A stretch of 63,656 nucleotides of DNA from Alphaproteobacteria bacterium (GCA_038133505.1 JAYPTI010000001.1:1-63656); one strand, 5' to 3'; shown: positions 1 to 12,024, counted from the first letter of the stretch. Notes: generated by a model not told the origin, from the letters alone. Made by a program: numbers and translations.

Positions 1-497
1 ATCCGTCCCGAAAAGGCGGTCCCGGTGACGACCAGCCCGGCACCGACCACGTCGAAGCGCCGGTCGATGGCGAGGCGGAAATTGCCGGCCGCCGGGCGGG
101 GCGGCAGGTCGCGCGCGACCGCGATCAGGTGATGCTTGAGCGCGTCGACGCCGTCGCCGATCATGGCGGACAGCAGAAAGATCGGTGCGCCATCCAGCGT
201 CGTCCCGGCGAGATGTTCTTCCGTCTGGGGCATCGGCCCGTCGTCGGCGGCGACGATGAACAGCACGAAATCGATCCCCGCCACGCCGCACAGCATGTTG
301 CGGATGAACTTCTCGTGGCCCGGCACGTCGATGAAGCCGATGGTCTCGGCACCCTCGAGCGGCAGGTACGCGAAACCGAGATCGATGGTCAGGTTGCGCT
401 TCTTCTCTTCCGGCAGGCGGTCGGTATCGACGCCCGTCAGCGCCTTGATCAGAAGCGTCTTGCCGTGATCGACGTGGCCGGCCGTCGCAATGATCAT
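1..497 (-). CDS. selB: Selenocysteine-specific elongation factor SelB, N-terminal GTPase part (gene continues past the left edge)
   Basis: Not in the ORF track because it runs off the window. The reverse strand from ATG at 497 reads [71 protein letters not shown], with SelB-type G1 (GHVDHGKT) and G3 (DVPGH) motifs. It starts 13 nt after the selA stop. Confidence 0.88.
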   Translation of the reverse strand, partial: MIIATAGHVDHGKTLLIKALTGVDTDRLPEEKKRNLTIDLGFAYLPLEGAETIGFIDVPGHEKFIRNMLCGVAGIDFVLFIVAADDGPMPQTEEHLAGTTLDGAPIFLLSAMIGDGVDALKHHLIAVARDLPPRPAAGNFRLAIDRRFDVVGAGLVVTGTAFSGR

Positions 498-510
498 TTG
501 GGGGCGATGA

Positions 511-1923
511 TCATTGGGGCGGAGAGAGTGCTGAAAGCTGCGCCGCGAACCCGGTCTCGTCGTCGAGGCAGCGGAGATCGAGGACGAAGCTGTCGTCCTG
601 GATACGGCCGATCACCGGGACCGGCAGTGTCCGGAACGCGCTCGCCAGCCGGTTCAGGGCGGAGCCCGCGGCCTTCCGGCTGGCCGGCACGACGGCGAGC
701 CCGGCGCTCGGGATGCGCTGCGTCGGCAGCGCGCCCGATCCGATCTGGCTGTCGCAATCGGCGATCTCCACTGTGCCGAAGTCGCCGACCGCTTTTTGGA
801 GTTCGGGCTGCATGCGCGCGGCGGCGGCGCGGATGTCGTCGACGGGCCGGGCGAGCCAGCGCAGCGTCGGGACGCGCGCGACCAGCCGGTCCGGATCGGC
901 GTAGAGGCGGAGGACGGCCGCCAGCGCCGCGATCGTCATCTTGTCGCAGCGCAGGGCGCGTTTCATCGGGTTCTTCTTGAGCTTGGCGACGATGTCCTTC
1001 GTGCCCACGATGATGCCGCACTGAGGCCCGCCCAGAAGCTTGTCGCCCGAGAACGTGACGACGTCGGCACCGTTCTTCATCGCCTCCATCGGCGTCGGCT
1101 CGTGCGGCAACCCGAAGCGTTCAAGCTCGATCAGCGTTCCGCTGCCGAGATCGATAGCGAACGGAAGGTCGTTGTCGTGGCACAGTTTCGCGAGCTCGGG
1201 TTCCGGCACCTCGGCCGTGAAACCCTCGACGACGTAGTTGCTCGTATGCACCTTCATGATCATGCCGGTCTTCGGTCCGATCGCTTCGGCGTAGTCCTTC
1301 AGGTGCGTCCGGTTGGTGGTGCCGATCTCGATCAGCTTGCAGCCCGACCGCGCCATGATGTCGGGCATGCGGAACGAACCGCCGATCTCGATCAGCTCGC
1401 CGCGCGACGTCGGCACCTCCTTGCGGCTGGCGAGGCTGTTGAGGACCAGCATCACCGCTGCGGCGTTGTTGTTGACGATGGTCGCGGCCTCGGCGCCGGT
1501 CATCCGGCAGAGCATCTCTTCTATATGCTCGTCGCGGTCGCCGCGCTTGCCGGGACCGATCCGGTATTCGAGGTTGCTCGCGCCGCGCGCGGCTTCGGCG
1601 ACCGCCGCGATCGCCTCCTCGGGAAGCGCCGCGCGGCCGAGATTGGTGTGCAGTACCGTACCGGTCAGGTTGAAGACGGGTCGCAGCGACGGGGTTGCGC
1701 GGCGGTCGAGTTCCTCGGCAACGGCGGCGACGATGGCGGGAACGTCCGGGGCGGGACCTCCCTTGTCGCGCAGCGTCCGGCGCAGCTCCGACAGCACGTC
1801 CCGGACGGCGTCGGTCGCCTCGCTGCGGCCGAATTCGTCTGCGAGCGGCGCCATTTCGGCGGCGCCGAGCAGGCGGTCGACGCTCGGGAGCGACGCGAGA
1901 GGGTTTTTGGTGTCATCCGGCAT
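511..1923 (-). CDS. selA: L-seryl-tRNA(Sec) selenium transferase (selenocysteine synthase)
   Basis: Track ORF 511..2313 is over-extended. The conserved part starts at [19 protein letters not shown] (ATG 1921-1923). It carries SelA motifs [14 protein letters not shown] and the PLP-lysine context [17 protein letters not shown]. 470 aa. Confidence 0.9.
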   Translation of the reverse strand: MPDDTKNPLASLPSVDRLLGAAEMAPLADEFGRSEATDAVRDVLSELRRTLRDKGGPAPDVPAIVAAVAEELDRRATPSLRPVFNLTGTVLHTNLGRAALPEEAIAAVAEAARGASNLEYRIGPGKRGDRDEHIEEMLCRMTGAEAATIVNNNAAAVMLVLNSLASRKEVPTSRGELIEIGGSFRMPDIMARSGCKLIEIGTTNRTHLKDYAEAIGPKTGMIMKVHTSNYVVEGFTAEVPEPELAKLCHDNDLPFAIDLGSGTLIELERFGLPHEPTPMEAMKNGADVVTFSGDKLLGGPQCGIIVGTKDIVAKLKKNPMKRALRCDKMTIAALAAVLRLYADPDRLVARVPTLRWLARPVDDIRAAAARMQPELQKAVGDFGTVEIADCDSQIGSGALPTQRIPSAGLAVVPASRKAAGSALNRLASAFRTLPVPVIGRIQDDSFVLDLRCLDDETGFAAQLSALSPPQ

Positions 1924-2126
1924 GGCGCACGGACAATAGGACTTTCGCGGCCGGACGGAAACCGCCAGAAGCGTCAGGGTTGCGGCTCGACACGCGATCT
2001 TGATGACCGACCGGCTTGATCCAGCACAGGTGAAGAGTCGGCCAATCCGTCCTATTCTCTCCGCAAGGGAGAGACGACATGGATGGCAGTTAATGGTGCC
2101 CGGGCCCCAACCGCCCGCACCGCTTC

Positions 2127-2813
2127 TTGAAGTACCTGACGGCAATGGCCGCGGGGCTCGCGATAGGGCTCGCGGCGGGCGGCGCAACGGCGCAGACGCC
2201 GCCGACCGGGATCGAATACGAAGCCTATCGCGGCCTCCACGCCGCCGCCCACCGCAACGACGTCGCCGCGATCCGCAAGGCGGCGAAGGCGGCGTTGAAC
2301 GCGCAAGACCCACACGGCCGCACGCCGCTGATGGTGGCGGCCTATGCCCGTAACTACGATGCGCTCCGGGCGCTGATAGAGAAGGGCGCCGACCTCGATG
2401 CGCTGGAAAACGATCGATACGACGTCGTGACGATCGCGTCGGTCATGGACGATACGAAAACGCTCGGCATCGTGCTCAAGGCGGGCGCCAGCGCCAAGCA
2501 GATCACCAGCCCCTACGACGGCACGGCGCTGATCGCCGCCGCCCATCTCGGCCATGCGAAAGTGGTGAAGATGCAGATCGCCGCCGGCGCGCCGCTCGAC
2601 CACGTCAACAACCTCAACTGGACGGCGCTGATCGAATCCATCGTGCTCGGCGACGGCGGACCGGGCCACATAGACTGCCTCAAGGCGCTGGTCGGCGCGG
2701 GAGCGAACGTGAACATTCCCGACGGGCAGGGGACGACGCCTTTGATGCTTGCCGAGAAACGCGGCTACACTGAAATGGCCGACATACTGCGCGTGGCGGG
2801 CGGCCGGCCCTGA
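2127..2813 (+). CDS. Secreted ankyrin-repeat protein
   Basis: 228 aa. Signal peptide MKYLTAMAAGLAIGLAAGGATAQ. Repeated ankyrin-like units (GRTPLMVAA..GADLDA, GTALIAAAHLGH, WTALIESI, GTTPLMLAEKRGY). Confidence 0.8.
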   Translation: MKYLTAMAAGLAIGLAAGGATAQTPPTGIEYEAYRGLHAAAHRNDVAAIRKAAKAALNAQDPHGRTPLMVAAYARNYDALRALIEKGADLDALENDRYDVVTIASVMDDTKTLGIVLKAGASAKQITSPYDGTALIAAAHLGHAKVVKMQIAAGAPLDHVNNLNWTALIESIVLGDGGPGHIDCLKALVGAGANVNIPDGQGTTPLMLAEKRGYTEMADILRVAGGRP

Positions 2814-2847
2814 CCGGTCGGACCTGCCGCCGATCCGGGAGGAAGAC

Positions 2848-4065
2848 ATGGACGAACACGTCTCTCGCAATCTCCGGCCGTCTCTCAACGCCTCCGCACG
2901 GCGTTTCACCGACATAGACTCGTTTCCCGAGCCGGCGCGCACGCGCGTCGGCCAGGTCTTCACGGACGCGAAGGCCTCGCTGGCCCGCGAATTCGTAGGG
3001 GTTACCGCCGGGGACATTCCCGCCGGCCTGTTTCCCGTGGTCAGGACCGGCATTTCCATGGCGCCGGTCCTAAAGGCGGCGGACCGGCTCCGGGCAGCGC
3101 TCGGCGACGACCGCTGGAAGCAGGTCTGCTTCCCCGTCGAGGACGACGGTCCGTGGCGGTCGTGGCACAACATGCACATCTTCCTGATGCGCCACGGCGT
3201 CTCGCTCGCCGATCTGGACGACGCGCAGCGCACCGCGGCGCTCGCTCTGGTCGAGGCGTGCTCCAGTGCGGCCGGCTACCGCAACGCGCGCGATATCATG
3301 CGCCTGAACGAGCACGCCGCCGAGATCACCGGCGATCCCGAGGAATTCGGCGAGTGGTGGTACTGGATCAGCATCTTCGGCGAGCCGTCCGAGACCGCAC
3401 CGTGGGGCTGGCAGATCGACGGCCACCACCTGATCGTCAACTGCTTCATCTACGGCGACCAGATGGTCATGACCCCCGATTTCCGCGGCTCCGAGCCGGT
3501 GCACGCAAAATCGGGCAAGTACGAGGGAACGCGCGTCTTCCACGAGGAGCAGTCGCGCGGGCTCCAGTTCATGCAGGCGCTGTCGGGCGGCCAGCAGGAA
3601 CAGGCCGTGATCGGGACGCAATTGCCGCGCGACGTCATCACCACCGCGCAGATGGACAATCTGGAGCTGGCCTATGCCGGCATCCGCTCGGACGCGCTTG
3701 AGCCGGCCCAGCAGAAGCTCCTGATGGAGCTGGTCGAGATCTATGTCGGGCGCATCCGAACCGGCCATGCCGAGGTTCGCATGGACGAGGTGAAGAAGCA
3801 CCTCGCCGACACGCATTTCGGCTGGATCGGCAAGCACGGCGGGACGGAACCGTTCTACTACCGGGTGCACAGTCCGGTGATCCTGATCGAGTTCGATCAC
3901 CTGCCCGGCATCATCTGGGACAACATGGAGCCGACGCACGATCACATCCACACCATCGTGCGGACGCCGAACGGCAACGACTACGGCCGGAATCTGCTGC
4001 GCCAGCATTACGAGCGCCATGACCACAGCCACGCGCACACACCGCACCGCAAGGGGCTGGTTTAG
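2848..4065 (+). CDS. DUF3500-family protein with His-rich C-terminus
   Basis: Start chosen at ATG 2848 behind GGGAGGAAG (the track ORF starts earlier, at 2749, overlapping the ankyrin gene). Motifs WGWQIDGHHLIVNCF and FYYRVHSPVILIEFDH, as I remember them for DUF3500. Confidence 0.65.
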   Translation: MDEHVSRNLRPSLNASARRFTDIDSFPEPARTRVGQVFTDAKASLAREFVGVTAGDIPAGLFPVVRTGISMAPVLKAADRLRAALGDDRWKQVCFPVEDDGPWRSWHNMHIFLMRHGVSLADLDDAQRTAALALVEACSSAAGYRNARDIMRLNEHAAEITGDPEEFGEWWYWISIFGEPSETAPWGWQIDGHHLIVNCFIYGDQMVMTPDFRGSEPVHAKSGKYEGTRVFHEEQSRGLQFMQALSGGQQEQAVIGTQLPRDVITTAQMDNLELAYAGIRSDALEPAQQKLLMELVEIYVGRIRTGHAEVRMDEVKKHLADTHFGWIGKHGGTEPFYYRVHSPVILIEFDHLPGIIWDNMEPTHDHIHTIVRTPNGNDYGRNLLRQHYERHDHSHAHTPHRKGLV

Positions 4066-4096
4066 GTAGAGGTCTCGGCCCGCTGCCGAACAAACC

Positions 4097-5701
<1,605 letters not shown>

Positions 5702-5840
5702 GTCGGTTTCCTGAGGGTCGGTGCGGCGGGAATATAGGGCGGGTGCGACAGAATTTACAGGGAAAGCTCCGGCGGTCGATTTGTCGCTTCCGGCGCGCTA
5801 CGATGCCCTGAAACAAACCGTTCCGTGCGAGGGACACGCC

Positions 5841-7151
5841 ATGGATACGCTCACCGCCACCAAGCTCGACTACCAGTCCGGTTTCGGCAACGAATTCGCC
5901 ACCGAGGTGCTGCCCGGCGCCCTGCCTGACGGCCGGAATTCGCCGCAGAAGGCGCCTTACGGGCTCTATGCCGAACTGATCAGCGGCACCGCTTTCACCC
6001 AGCCGCGGAGCGAAAACCTGCGCACCTGGGTCTACCGGATGCGCCCGTCCGTGACGCACGGCGCTTTCCGCCAGATCGACGCGGGGCTGTGGCGCACGCC
6101 GCCGTTTGCCGAGGGCGTTCTCTCGCCCCAGCAGAACCGGTGGGATCCGTTCCCGATACCGGAGGGCGACGCCGACCTGATCGACGGCATGAGCACGATC
6201 GGCGGCAACGGAGATGCGAATACGCAGGCCGGCATCGGCATCCACGTCTACACGGCAAACAAGTCGATGACCGAGCGGTTCTTCTATAACGCGGACGGCG
6301 AGATGCTGTTCGTCCCGCAGCAGGGACGGCTCCGGCTCGTGACCGAGATGGGCGTCGTCGAGGCCTCACCCAACGAGATCGCCGTCGTTCCGCGCGGCGT
6401 GAAGTTCCGCGCCGAACTGCCCGACGGCCCGTCCCGCGGCTATGTCTGCGAGAACTACGGCGCGGCGCTGCGGCTACCCGACCTCGGGCCGATCGGCTCG
6501 AACGGGCTCGCCAATCCGCGCGATTTCCTCGCGCCCGTTGCAGGCTTCGAGGACAAAGAGGGCGATTTCGAGCTGGTCGCCAAGTTCGGCGGCGGGATGT
6601 GGGCGGCGGAGACCCGCTATTCGCCGCTCGACGTCGTCGCCTGGCACGGCAATCTCGTGCCGTACAAGTACGATCTCCTGAAGTTCATGGTGATCGGGAC
6701 GATCAGCTTCGACCATCCCGACCCGTCGATATTCACGGTGCTGACGTCGCCGTCCGGGCCGGCCGGGCTCGCCAACGTCGATTTCGTGATCTTTCCGCCG
6801 CGCTGGCTGGTCGGCGAGGATACGTTCCGGCCGCCCTGGTACCACCGCAACTTCATGAGCGAGTTCATGGGTCTCGTCTGCGGTCAGTACGACGCCAAGC
6901 CGGAGGGGTTCGTGCCCGGCGGCGCCAGCCTGCACAACACGATGTCCGCGCACGGGCCCGACGTGGATGCGTTCGAAAATGCGACCAAAGCAGATCTGAA
7001 GCCGGTGAAGCTCGACGATACGATGGCCTTCATGTTCGAGACCCGCTACCCGATCCGGCTGACGGATTGGGCGGCCAACAGCCCGCAGATGCAGCACGGC
7101 TATTCGACGTGCTGGGACGGGCTTGAGAAGAAATTTACGGGTAAAAAATAA
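5841..7151 (+). CDS. hmgA: Homogentisate 1,2-dioxygenase
   Basis: Start at ATG 5841 ([29 protein letters not shown]). The track ORF begins 40 codons upstream. Typical HGO sequence throughout. The stop TAA overlaps the fahA ATG (TAATG). Confidence 0.93.
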   Translation: MDTLTATKLDYQSGFGNEFATEVLPGALPDGRNSPQKAPYGLYAELISGTAFTQPRSENLRTWVYRMRPSVTHGAFRQIDAGLWRTPPFAEGVLSPQQNRWDPFPIPEGDADLIDGMSTIGGNGDANTQAGIGIHVYTANKSMTERFFYNADGEMLFVPQQGRLRLVTEMGVVEASPNEIAVVPRGVKFRAELPDGPSRGYVCENYGAALRLPDLGPIGSNGLANPRDFLAPVAGFEDKEGDFELVAKFGGGMWAAETRYSPLDVVAWHGNLVPYKYDLLKFMVIGTISFDHPDPSIFTVLTSPSGPAGLANVDFVIFPPRWLVGEDTFRPPWYHRNFMSEFMGLVCGQYDAKPEGFVPGGASLHNTMSAHGPDVDAFENATKADLKPVKLDDTMAFMFETRYPIRLTDWAANSPQMQHGYSTCWDGLEKKFTGKK

Positions 7152-8473
7152 TGCCGACACTGAACGACACCCACGACCCGGCCCTCAAGAGCTGGGTCGA
7201 CGGGGCCGATGCGCCCGACGCGGATTTTCCGGTCCAGAACCTGCCGTTCGGCGTGTTCGCTCATCCCGATACCGGCGCAGCGACCGTGGGCGTCGCGATC
7301 GGGGACTCGATCCTCGACGTTTCCGCCGCGTACCGAAAAGGCTTGATCGGCGGCGCGGCCGACGATGCGGCGCGGGCCTGCGGCGCCTCGACGCTGAATG
7401 CGCTGATGGCGCTCGGCGGCCGGCACTGGTCGGCGCTGCGCGCGGCGCTGTCGCAGCTTCTAAGGGCGGACACCGAGGCCGGCGAACAGGCGCAGGCGGT
7501 GGCGGACGAGATCCTCGTGCCGATGGCCGGCAGCAAGCTTCTGCTGCCGGTGCAGATCGGCGACTACACGGATTTCTATGCCTCGATCTTCCACGCCACC
7601 AACGTCGGCAAGATGCTGCGGCCCGACAATCCGCTGATGCCGAACTACAAACACATCCCGATTGCCTATCACGGGCGCGCATCGTCGATCGTGGTCAGCG
7701 GCGAGCCGTGCAAGCGGCCGGTCGGCCAGACCAAGGCGCCTGACGCCGACGCGCCGTCGTTCGGCCCGTCGATGGCGTTCGACTACGAGACCGAGATCGG
7801 TTTCTACGTCGGGCCGGGCAACCCGCTCGGCCAGCCGGTGTCGCTGGAGGAAGCGGAGGATCACATCTTCGGGCTCTGCATCCTCAACGACTGGTCGGCG
7901 CGCGACATCCAGGCGTGGGAGTACCAGCCGCTCGGGCCCTTCCTCGCCAAGAGCTTCGCCTCGCACGTCTCGCCCTGGGTGGTGACGTTGGAGGCGCTCG
8001 CGCCGTTCCGCTGCGGCGCCTATGACCGGCCCGACGGCGACCCGGCACCGCTGCCCTACCTGTCTTCCGCCGCCAACGATTCCGATGGCGGCTTCGACGT
8101 GCAGATCGAGGTCTCCATCGTATCCGAGAAGATGCGTGCCGAGGGGATGGACCCCGAAGTGCTCGCCGTTACCAACATGCAGCATCTCTACTGGACGATC
8201 TTCCAGATGCTGACTCATCACACGTCGAACGGCTGCAACCTGCGCCCCGGCGATATGATGGGCACCGGCACGATCTCCGGGCCCGACGAGGACTCGCTCG
8301 GCTCGATCCTCGAGATCACCAAACGCGGCGCGAATCCCGTGAAGTTGCCGACGGGCGAGGAGCGAAAGTTTCTCGGCGACGGCGACGAGTTGACCATGCG
8401 CGCCTGGTGCGAGAAGGATGGCGCACGGGCCATCGGCTTCGGCGCGTGCAGCGCCGTGATCGAGCCCGCCTGA
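7151..8473 (+). CDS. fahA: Fumarylacetoacetase
   Basis: 440 aa. FPVQNLPFGVF, DYTDFYASIFHATNVG and GDMMGTGTISG are typical of FAH. Translationally coupled to hmgA. Confidence 0.92.
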   Translation: MPTLNDTHDPALKSWVDGADAPDADFPVQNLPFGVFAHPDTGAATVGVAIGDSILDVSAAYRKGLIGGAADDAARACGASTLNALMALGGRHWSALRAALSQLLRADTEAGEQAQAVADEILVPMAGSKLLLPVQIGDYTDFYASIFHATNVGKMLRPDNPLMPNYKHIPIAYHGRASSIVVSGEPCKRPVGQTKAPDADAPSFGPSMAFDYETEIGFYVGPGNPLGQPVSLEEAEDHIFGLCILNDWSARDIQAWEYQPLGPFLAKSFASHVSPWVVTLEALAPFRCGAYDRPDGDPAPLPYLSSAANDSDGGFDVQIEVSIVSEKMRAEGMDPEVLAVTNMQHLYWTIFQMLTHHTSNGCNLRPGDMMGTGTISGPDEDSLGSILEITKRGANPVKLPTGEERKFLGDGDELTMRAWCEKDGARAIGFGACSAVIEPA

Positions 8474-8496
8474 CGGCCGGCCCCCGGTTCCAATCC

Positions 8497-10821
8497 ATGG
8501 CGGACATCGTCGGCGCCCGTGTCAAACGGATCGAGGACCCCGACCTGCTGCGCGGGCGCGGCGTTTTCGTCGACGACATCCACCTCGCCGCCGGGCTCCA
8601 CGCCGCGTTCGTCCGCAGCCCGCATCCGCACGCGGACATCCACGGAATCGATGTAACCGCGGCCCGCGCGGCGCCGGGCGTGCATGCCGTCTTCACGCTC
8701 GACGATTTCCGGCCGCATCTGACGAGCCCGCGCCTGCCGCTGGAATTCCCGTCGAAGAATCTTTCGGAAGACGTGACGCCGTTCCTGCTGGCATCGGGCG
8801 AGGTATGCTACGTCGGCGAGGCGGTTGCGATGGTGGTCGCGGACTCCCGATACCTTGCCGAGGACGCAGCGACGATGGTCGCGGTCGACTACGCGCCGCT
8901 GCCGTCGGTGGCGGGCTGTGCGGCGACCCATGCTCCCGGCGCGCCCGCCGTCCATTCGGGGGACGCCGACAACGTCTTGGTCGAGATCGAGCAGGCCTAT
9001 GGCGACGTGGACGCCGCGTTCGCGTCGGCGCATGCCGTCTATTCGGACCGCTTCGTTCAGCATCGCGGCGGCGCGCATCCCATCGAGGGGCGCGGCGCGG
9101 TCGCACGCTACGACGCCATGGACGACCGGCTGACCCTATGGTCGTCGACGCAGATGTCGCACGAGGTGCGGTCCGCCATCGTGCGGATGCTCGACATCGA
9201 CGAGGGGCGCATCCGCGTGGTTGCGCCCGAGGTCGGCGGCGGGTTCGGCTCAAAATACATCGCCTATGCCGAGGAGGTTGCCGTCGCGCTCGCCGCGAAG
9301 CTGCTCGACCGGCCGGTCAAATGGATCGAGGACCGGCGCGAGCATTTCATCGCCGCCATCCAGGAACGCGAGCAGGACTGGTCGATGGAGATCGCCGTCG
9401 ACGCCGACGGCCGCGTCCTCGGCATCCGCGGCGAGATGATCCACGACCAGGGCGCCTACACGCCGCAGGGCATCAACATGCCCTACAACGCGTCGACCGC
9501 CGTGCCGGGTCCCTACATCGTGCCGGCATACGCGATCAAGGTGCACGTGGTCGAGACCAACGCCGTGCCGACCGCGCCGGTACGGGGGGCAGGGTATCCC
9601 GAAGGCAACTATGCAATGGAGCGGCTGCTCGACCGCGCGGCGCAGGGGCTTGGCATGGACCGCGCCGAGATTCGCCGCCGCAACCTGATCCCGGCGGACG
9701 AGATGCCCTACGCGACGCCGCTGCTGACGCGCGCCGGCACGCCCGTGGAGGCCGACAGCGGCGACTTTCCCGAATGCCAGCGCATCGCGATGGAGGCGAT
9801 CGACTATGCCGGGTTCCCGGCGCGGCAGGCGGCGGCACGGGCCGAGGGACGCTATCTCGGCATCGGCATCGCCAACAGCCTGAAGGGCACCGGGCGCGGA
9901 CCGTTCGAATCCGGTTCGGTGCGGATAGAGCGCTCCGGCAAGGTCCGCGTGTTCACCGGCGCGCTCGCCATGGGGCAGGGGCTCAAGACGATGCTGGCGC
10001 AGGTGACGGCGGAACAGCTCGGCGTTGGTCTCGACGAGATCGAGGTCGTCGCGGGCGATACCGGCACCATCGCGCTCGGCCTCGGCGGCTTCGCCAGCCG
10101 CCAGACGGTTACGGCGGGCTCGTCGGTGCACTATGCGGCAACCGAAGTCCGGACGAAGGTGCTCAAGCTCGCCGCGCACCTGCTGGAGGCGGCCGAGGAA
10201 GACCTCGAGATCGTCGACGGCACGATCCGGGTGCGCGGCTCCGACGTGACGATCCCGCTGAAGGCGGTCGCGGAAGCGGCGTCCGGCGCGCCCGGCTACT
10301 CGATGCCCGACGGCGTCGATCCGGGGCTGGAGGCGAACGTCAATTTCAAGCCGCCGGCGCTGACCTATTCCAACGGCACCCACGCCGTCGAGGTCGAGGT
10401 CGATATCGGCACCGGCGAAGTCGTCTTCAGGCGCTATGTCGTGGTCAGCGACTGCGGCACGCTGATCAACCCGATGATCGTCGACGGCCAGATCGCCGGC
10501 GGCGTCGCGCACGGCATCGGCAACGCGCTGTTCGAATGGATGGGCTACGACGAGCGCGGCCAGCCGCTGACCACGAATTTCGGCGAATATCTGATCCCCG
10601 GCGCGCCGGACATCCCCGATTTCGAGCTGCACTACATGCAGTCGCCGACGCCCTTGAACCCGCTGGGCGTGAAAGGTGTCGGCGAAACCGGCACGGTTCC
10701 CGCTGCCGCGGCTGTCGTCGCCGCGGTCGAGGACGCGCTGTCGCCGTTCGGCGCGCGGATTTCCGACTATCCGGTCAGCCCGACGAAGATCGTGGAGATT
10801 GTCCGGGGCGCTCCCGACTGA
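8497..10821 (+). CDS. Xanthine dehydrogenase/CoxL-family molybdopterin-binding large subunit (no partner subunits adjacent)
   Basis: Start at ATG 8497 (MADIVGARVKRIEDPDLLRGRGVFVDDI). PVRGAGYPEG and GVKGVGETGTVPAAAAV motifs of aldehyde oxidase/XDH a/b-hammerhead + MoCo domains. 774 aa. Confidence 0.85.
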   Translation: MADIVGARVKRIEDPDLLRGRGVFVDDIHLAAGLHAAFVRSPHPHADIHGIDVTAARAAPGVHAVFTLDDFRPHLTSPRLPLEFPSKNLSEDVTPFLLASGEVCYVGEAVAMVVADSRYLAEDAATMVAVDYAPLPSVAGCAATHAPGAPAVHSGDADNVLVEIEQAYGDVDAAFASAHAVYSDRFVQHRGGAHPIEGRGAVARYDAMDDRLTLWSSTQMSHEVRSAIVRMLDIDEGRIRVVAPEVGGGFGSKYIAYAEEVAVALAAKLLDRPVKWIEDRREHFIAAIQEREQDWSMEIAVDADGRVLGIRGEMIHDQGAYTPQGINMPYNASTAVPGPYIVPAYAIKVHVVETNAVPTAPVRGAGYPEGNYAMERLLDRAAQGLGMDRAEIRRRNLIPADEMPYATPLLTRAGTPVEADSGDFPECQRIAMEAIDYAGFPARQAAARAEGRYLGIGIANSLKGTGRGPFESGSVRIERSGKVRVFTGALAMGQGLKTMLAQVTAEQLGVGLDEIEVVAGDTGTIALGLGGFASRQTVTAGSSVHYAATEVRTKVLKLAAHLLEAAEEDLEIVDGTIRVRGSDVTIPLKAVAEAASGAPGYSMPDGVDPGLEANVNFKPPALTYSNGTHAVEVEVDIGTGEVVFRRYVVVSDCGTLINPMIVDGQIAGGVAHGIGNALFEWMGYDERGQPLTTNFGEYLIPGAPDIPDFELHYMQSPTPLNPLGVKGVGETGTVPAAAAVVAAVEDALSPFGARISDYPVSPTKIVEIVRGAPD

Positions 10822-10827
10822 ACGAAA

Positions 10828-10849
10828 ACGGCCGCCTTCCGGCGGCCGT
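10828..10849 (-). terminator. Rho-independent terminator for the minus-strand TTT binding-protein gene
   Basis: ACGGCCGCC-TTCC-GGCGGCCGT 9-bp GC stem. On the minus strand it is followed by TTTTCGTT. It lies 26 nt past the stop at 10875. Confidence 0.6.
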
Positions 10850-10874
10850 TCGCGTCTGCCGTCCGGGGACGGAT

Positions 10875-11897
10875 CTATTTGCCGTAGATCAGCTTGGATG
10901 CACGGGCGACGACGGCGGGCGTCGCATTGTCGAGCGAGCCCTGGACGACCTGCTGGATCTTCGAGCCCGACGACGGAATCAGGCGCAGCTTGCGCTTCTT
11001 GAGTTCCGCGGCGAAGGCCGGGTCGGCGTTCATCGCATCGTAGGCGGCCCGCAGGGTCTGAACGTGCTCGGCATTCACGCCCGGCGGCAGGGCGAGGCCG
11101 CGGCCGAGGACGCCTAGCGCCCCCACGAACCCCACCACCGCCTTGTCTTCCGGCGCGCTGACGAGATCGGAGAGCATCGGGACGTCCTGCGGGATGTCCG
11201 GATCCTTGAAGATCCCCATTTGCAGGACGATCCGGGCGAACGGCTTGTCGCCGGTGAACCAGTGGGGGACCTTCGAGCCCCAGGCGAGCCAGTTGTAAGC
11301 CGCCATTTGAGATTCGCCCTGTTCGATGGCGAACATCGCCTTGGACGATCCCTTGTAGCCGCTGACGACCTTGATCTTGGCGCCGAGCAGGCCGTTCACC
11401 AGGTTCGACGTGATATAGCTCGTGTCCTGACCGCTCGACGAGGCGACGACCTGCTTCTTGCGCAGGTCTTCCCATGTGCGGACGCCGGTGTCGGACCGGA
11501 CGGCCATGACGAGATTGGTCTGGTTGCTCGATCCGATCCAGATGAAGTTACGGGCGTCGAAGCGCATCTTGTCGGGCCGCATCAACTGATTGATCACGGT
11601 ATTGTCGAGCGGCGTGATCATGTTGAGCCCGTCCTTGGGCATCACGTTGTAGGCCCAGTTCATCGCCTTGACCCCGCCCGCACCAGGCATGTGCTGAACG
11701 ATGATATTCGGTTTGCCGGGGATGTGGCGCCCGAGATACTCGGCGAACGTCTGGGCATACTTGTCGTAGGTGCCGCCGGGTCCGTAGGGCACGACGATCT
11801 TCATCGTCTTGCCCGCGAAGTAGTCGGCGGCGGACGCCGTGCCGGAGCAGAGAGCCGCGAGTGCCGCGGCGGTCGATAGCAGAATACGCAGTTTCAT
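10875..11897 (-). CDS. Tripartite tricarboxylate transporter (TTT) substrate-binding protein, Bug family, without adjacent permeases
   Basis: Start at ATG 11897 (MKLRILLSTAAALAALCSGTASAADY signal peptide). KIVVPYGPGGTYDKYAQ...MPGAGGVKAMNW fits the Bug/TctC pattern. The track ORF is over-extended to 12092. Confidence 0.85.
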   Translation of the reverse strand: MKLRILLSTAAALAALCSGTASAADYFAGKTMKIVVPYGPGGTYDKYAQTFAEYLGRHIPGKPNIIVQHMPGAGGVKAMNWAYNVMPKDGLNMITPLDNTVINQLMRPDKMRFDARNFIWIGSSNQTNLVMAVRSDTGVRTWEDLRKKQVVASSSGQDTSYITSNLVNGLLGAKIKVVSGYKGSSKAMFAIEQGESQMAAYNWLAWGSKVPHWFTGDKPFARIVLQMGIFKDPDIPQDVPMLSDLVSAPEDKAVVGFVGALGVLGRGLALPPGVNAEHVQTLRAAYDAMNADPAFAAELKKRKLRLIPSSGSKIQQVVQGSLDNATPAVVARASKLIYGK

Positions 11898-12024
11898 CTG
11901 GCCTTCCTTCCCATGAGCAGCGACCCGTACGCTGCACACGAATGCTAGGGGCCCGCCTCTCGACCCGACAAGTCGGAATCGGGATGGCAGCCCCGTCGAT
12001 TCTGCATGGCGCGGCGGCGCCGGA

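Noticed and set aside
1924-2126. Possible tRNA-Sec (selC) in the selA upstream intergenic region
   Set aside because: I looked for a UCA anticodon loop flanked by a pairing stem and a long acceptor on both strands. The only CTTCAAG string (reverse strand near 2121-2130) has no flanking complementarity. No cloverleaf could be built.
1924-2313. N-terminal 130-codon extension of selA in the track ORF 511..2313
   Set aside because: The extension is R/S/P/G-rich, overlaps the divergent ankyrin gene's upstream region, and precedes the conserved SelA N-terminus ([19 protein letters not shown]). The ATG at 1923 is taken as the start.
8497-10821. Link between the selenium genes and the molybdopterin hydroxylase (selenium-dependent Mo hydroxylase idea)
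   Set aside because: That trait depends on selD plus yqeB/yqeC-type genes rather than selA/selB. None of those is nearby, and the enzyme has no in-frame UGA. The proximity is probably coincidental.
8805-11475. Long alternate-frame and antisense ORFs 8805..11117 (+, 770 aa) and 9250..11475 (-, 741 aa)
   Set aside because: They overlap the molybdopterin large-subunit and TTT binding-protein genes. Arg/Gly/Asp/Pro-dominated composition and the absence of motifs mark them as GC-driven artefacts.
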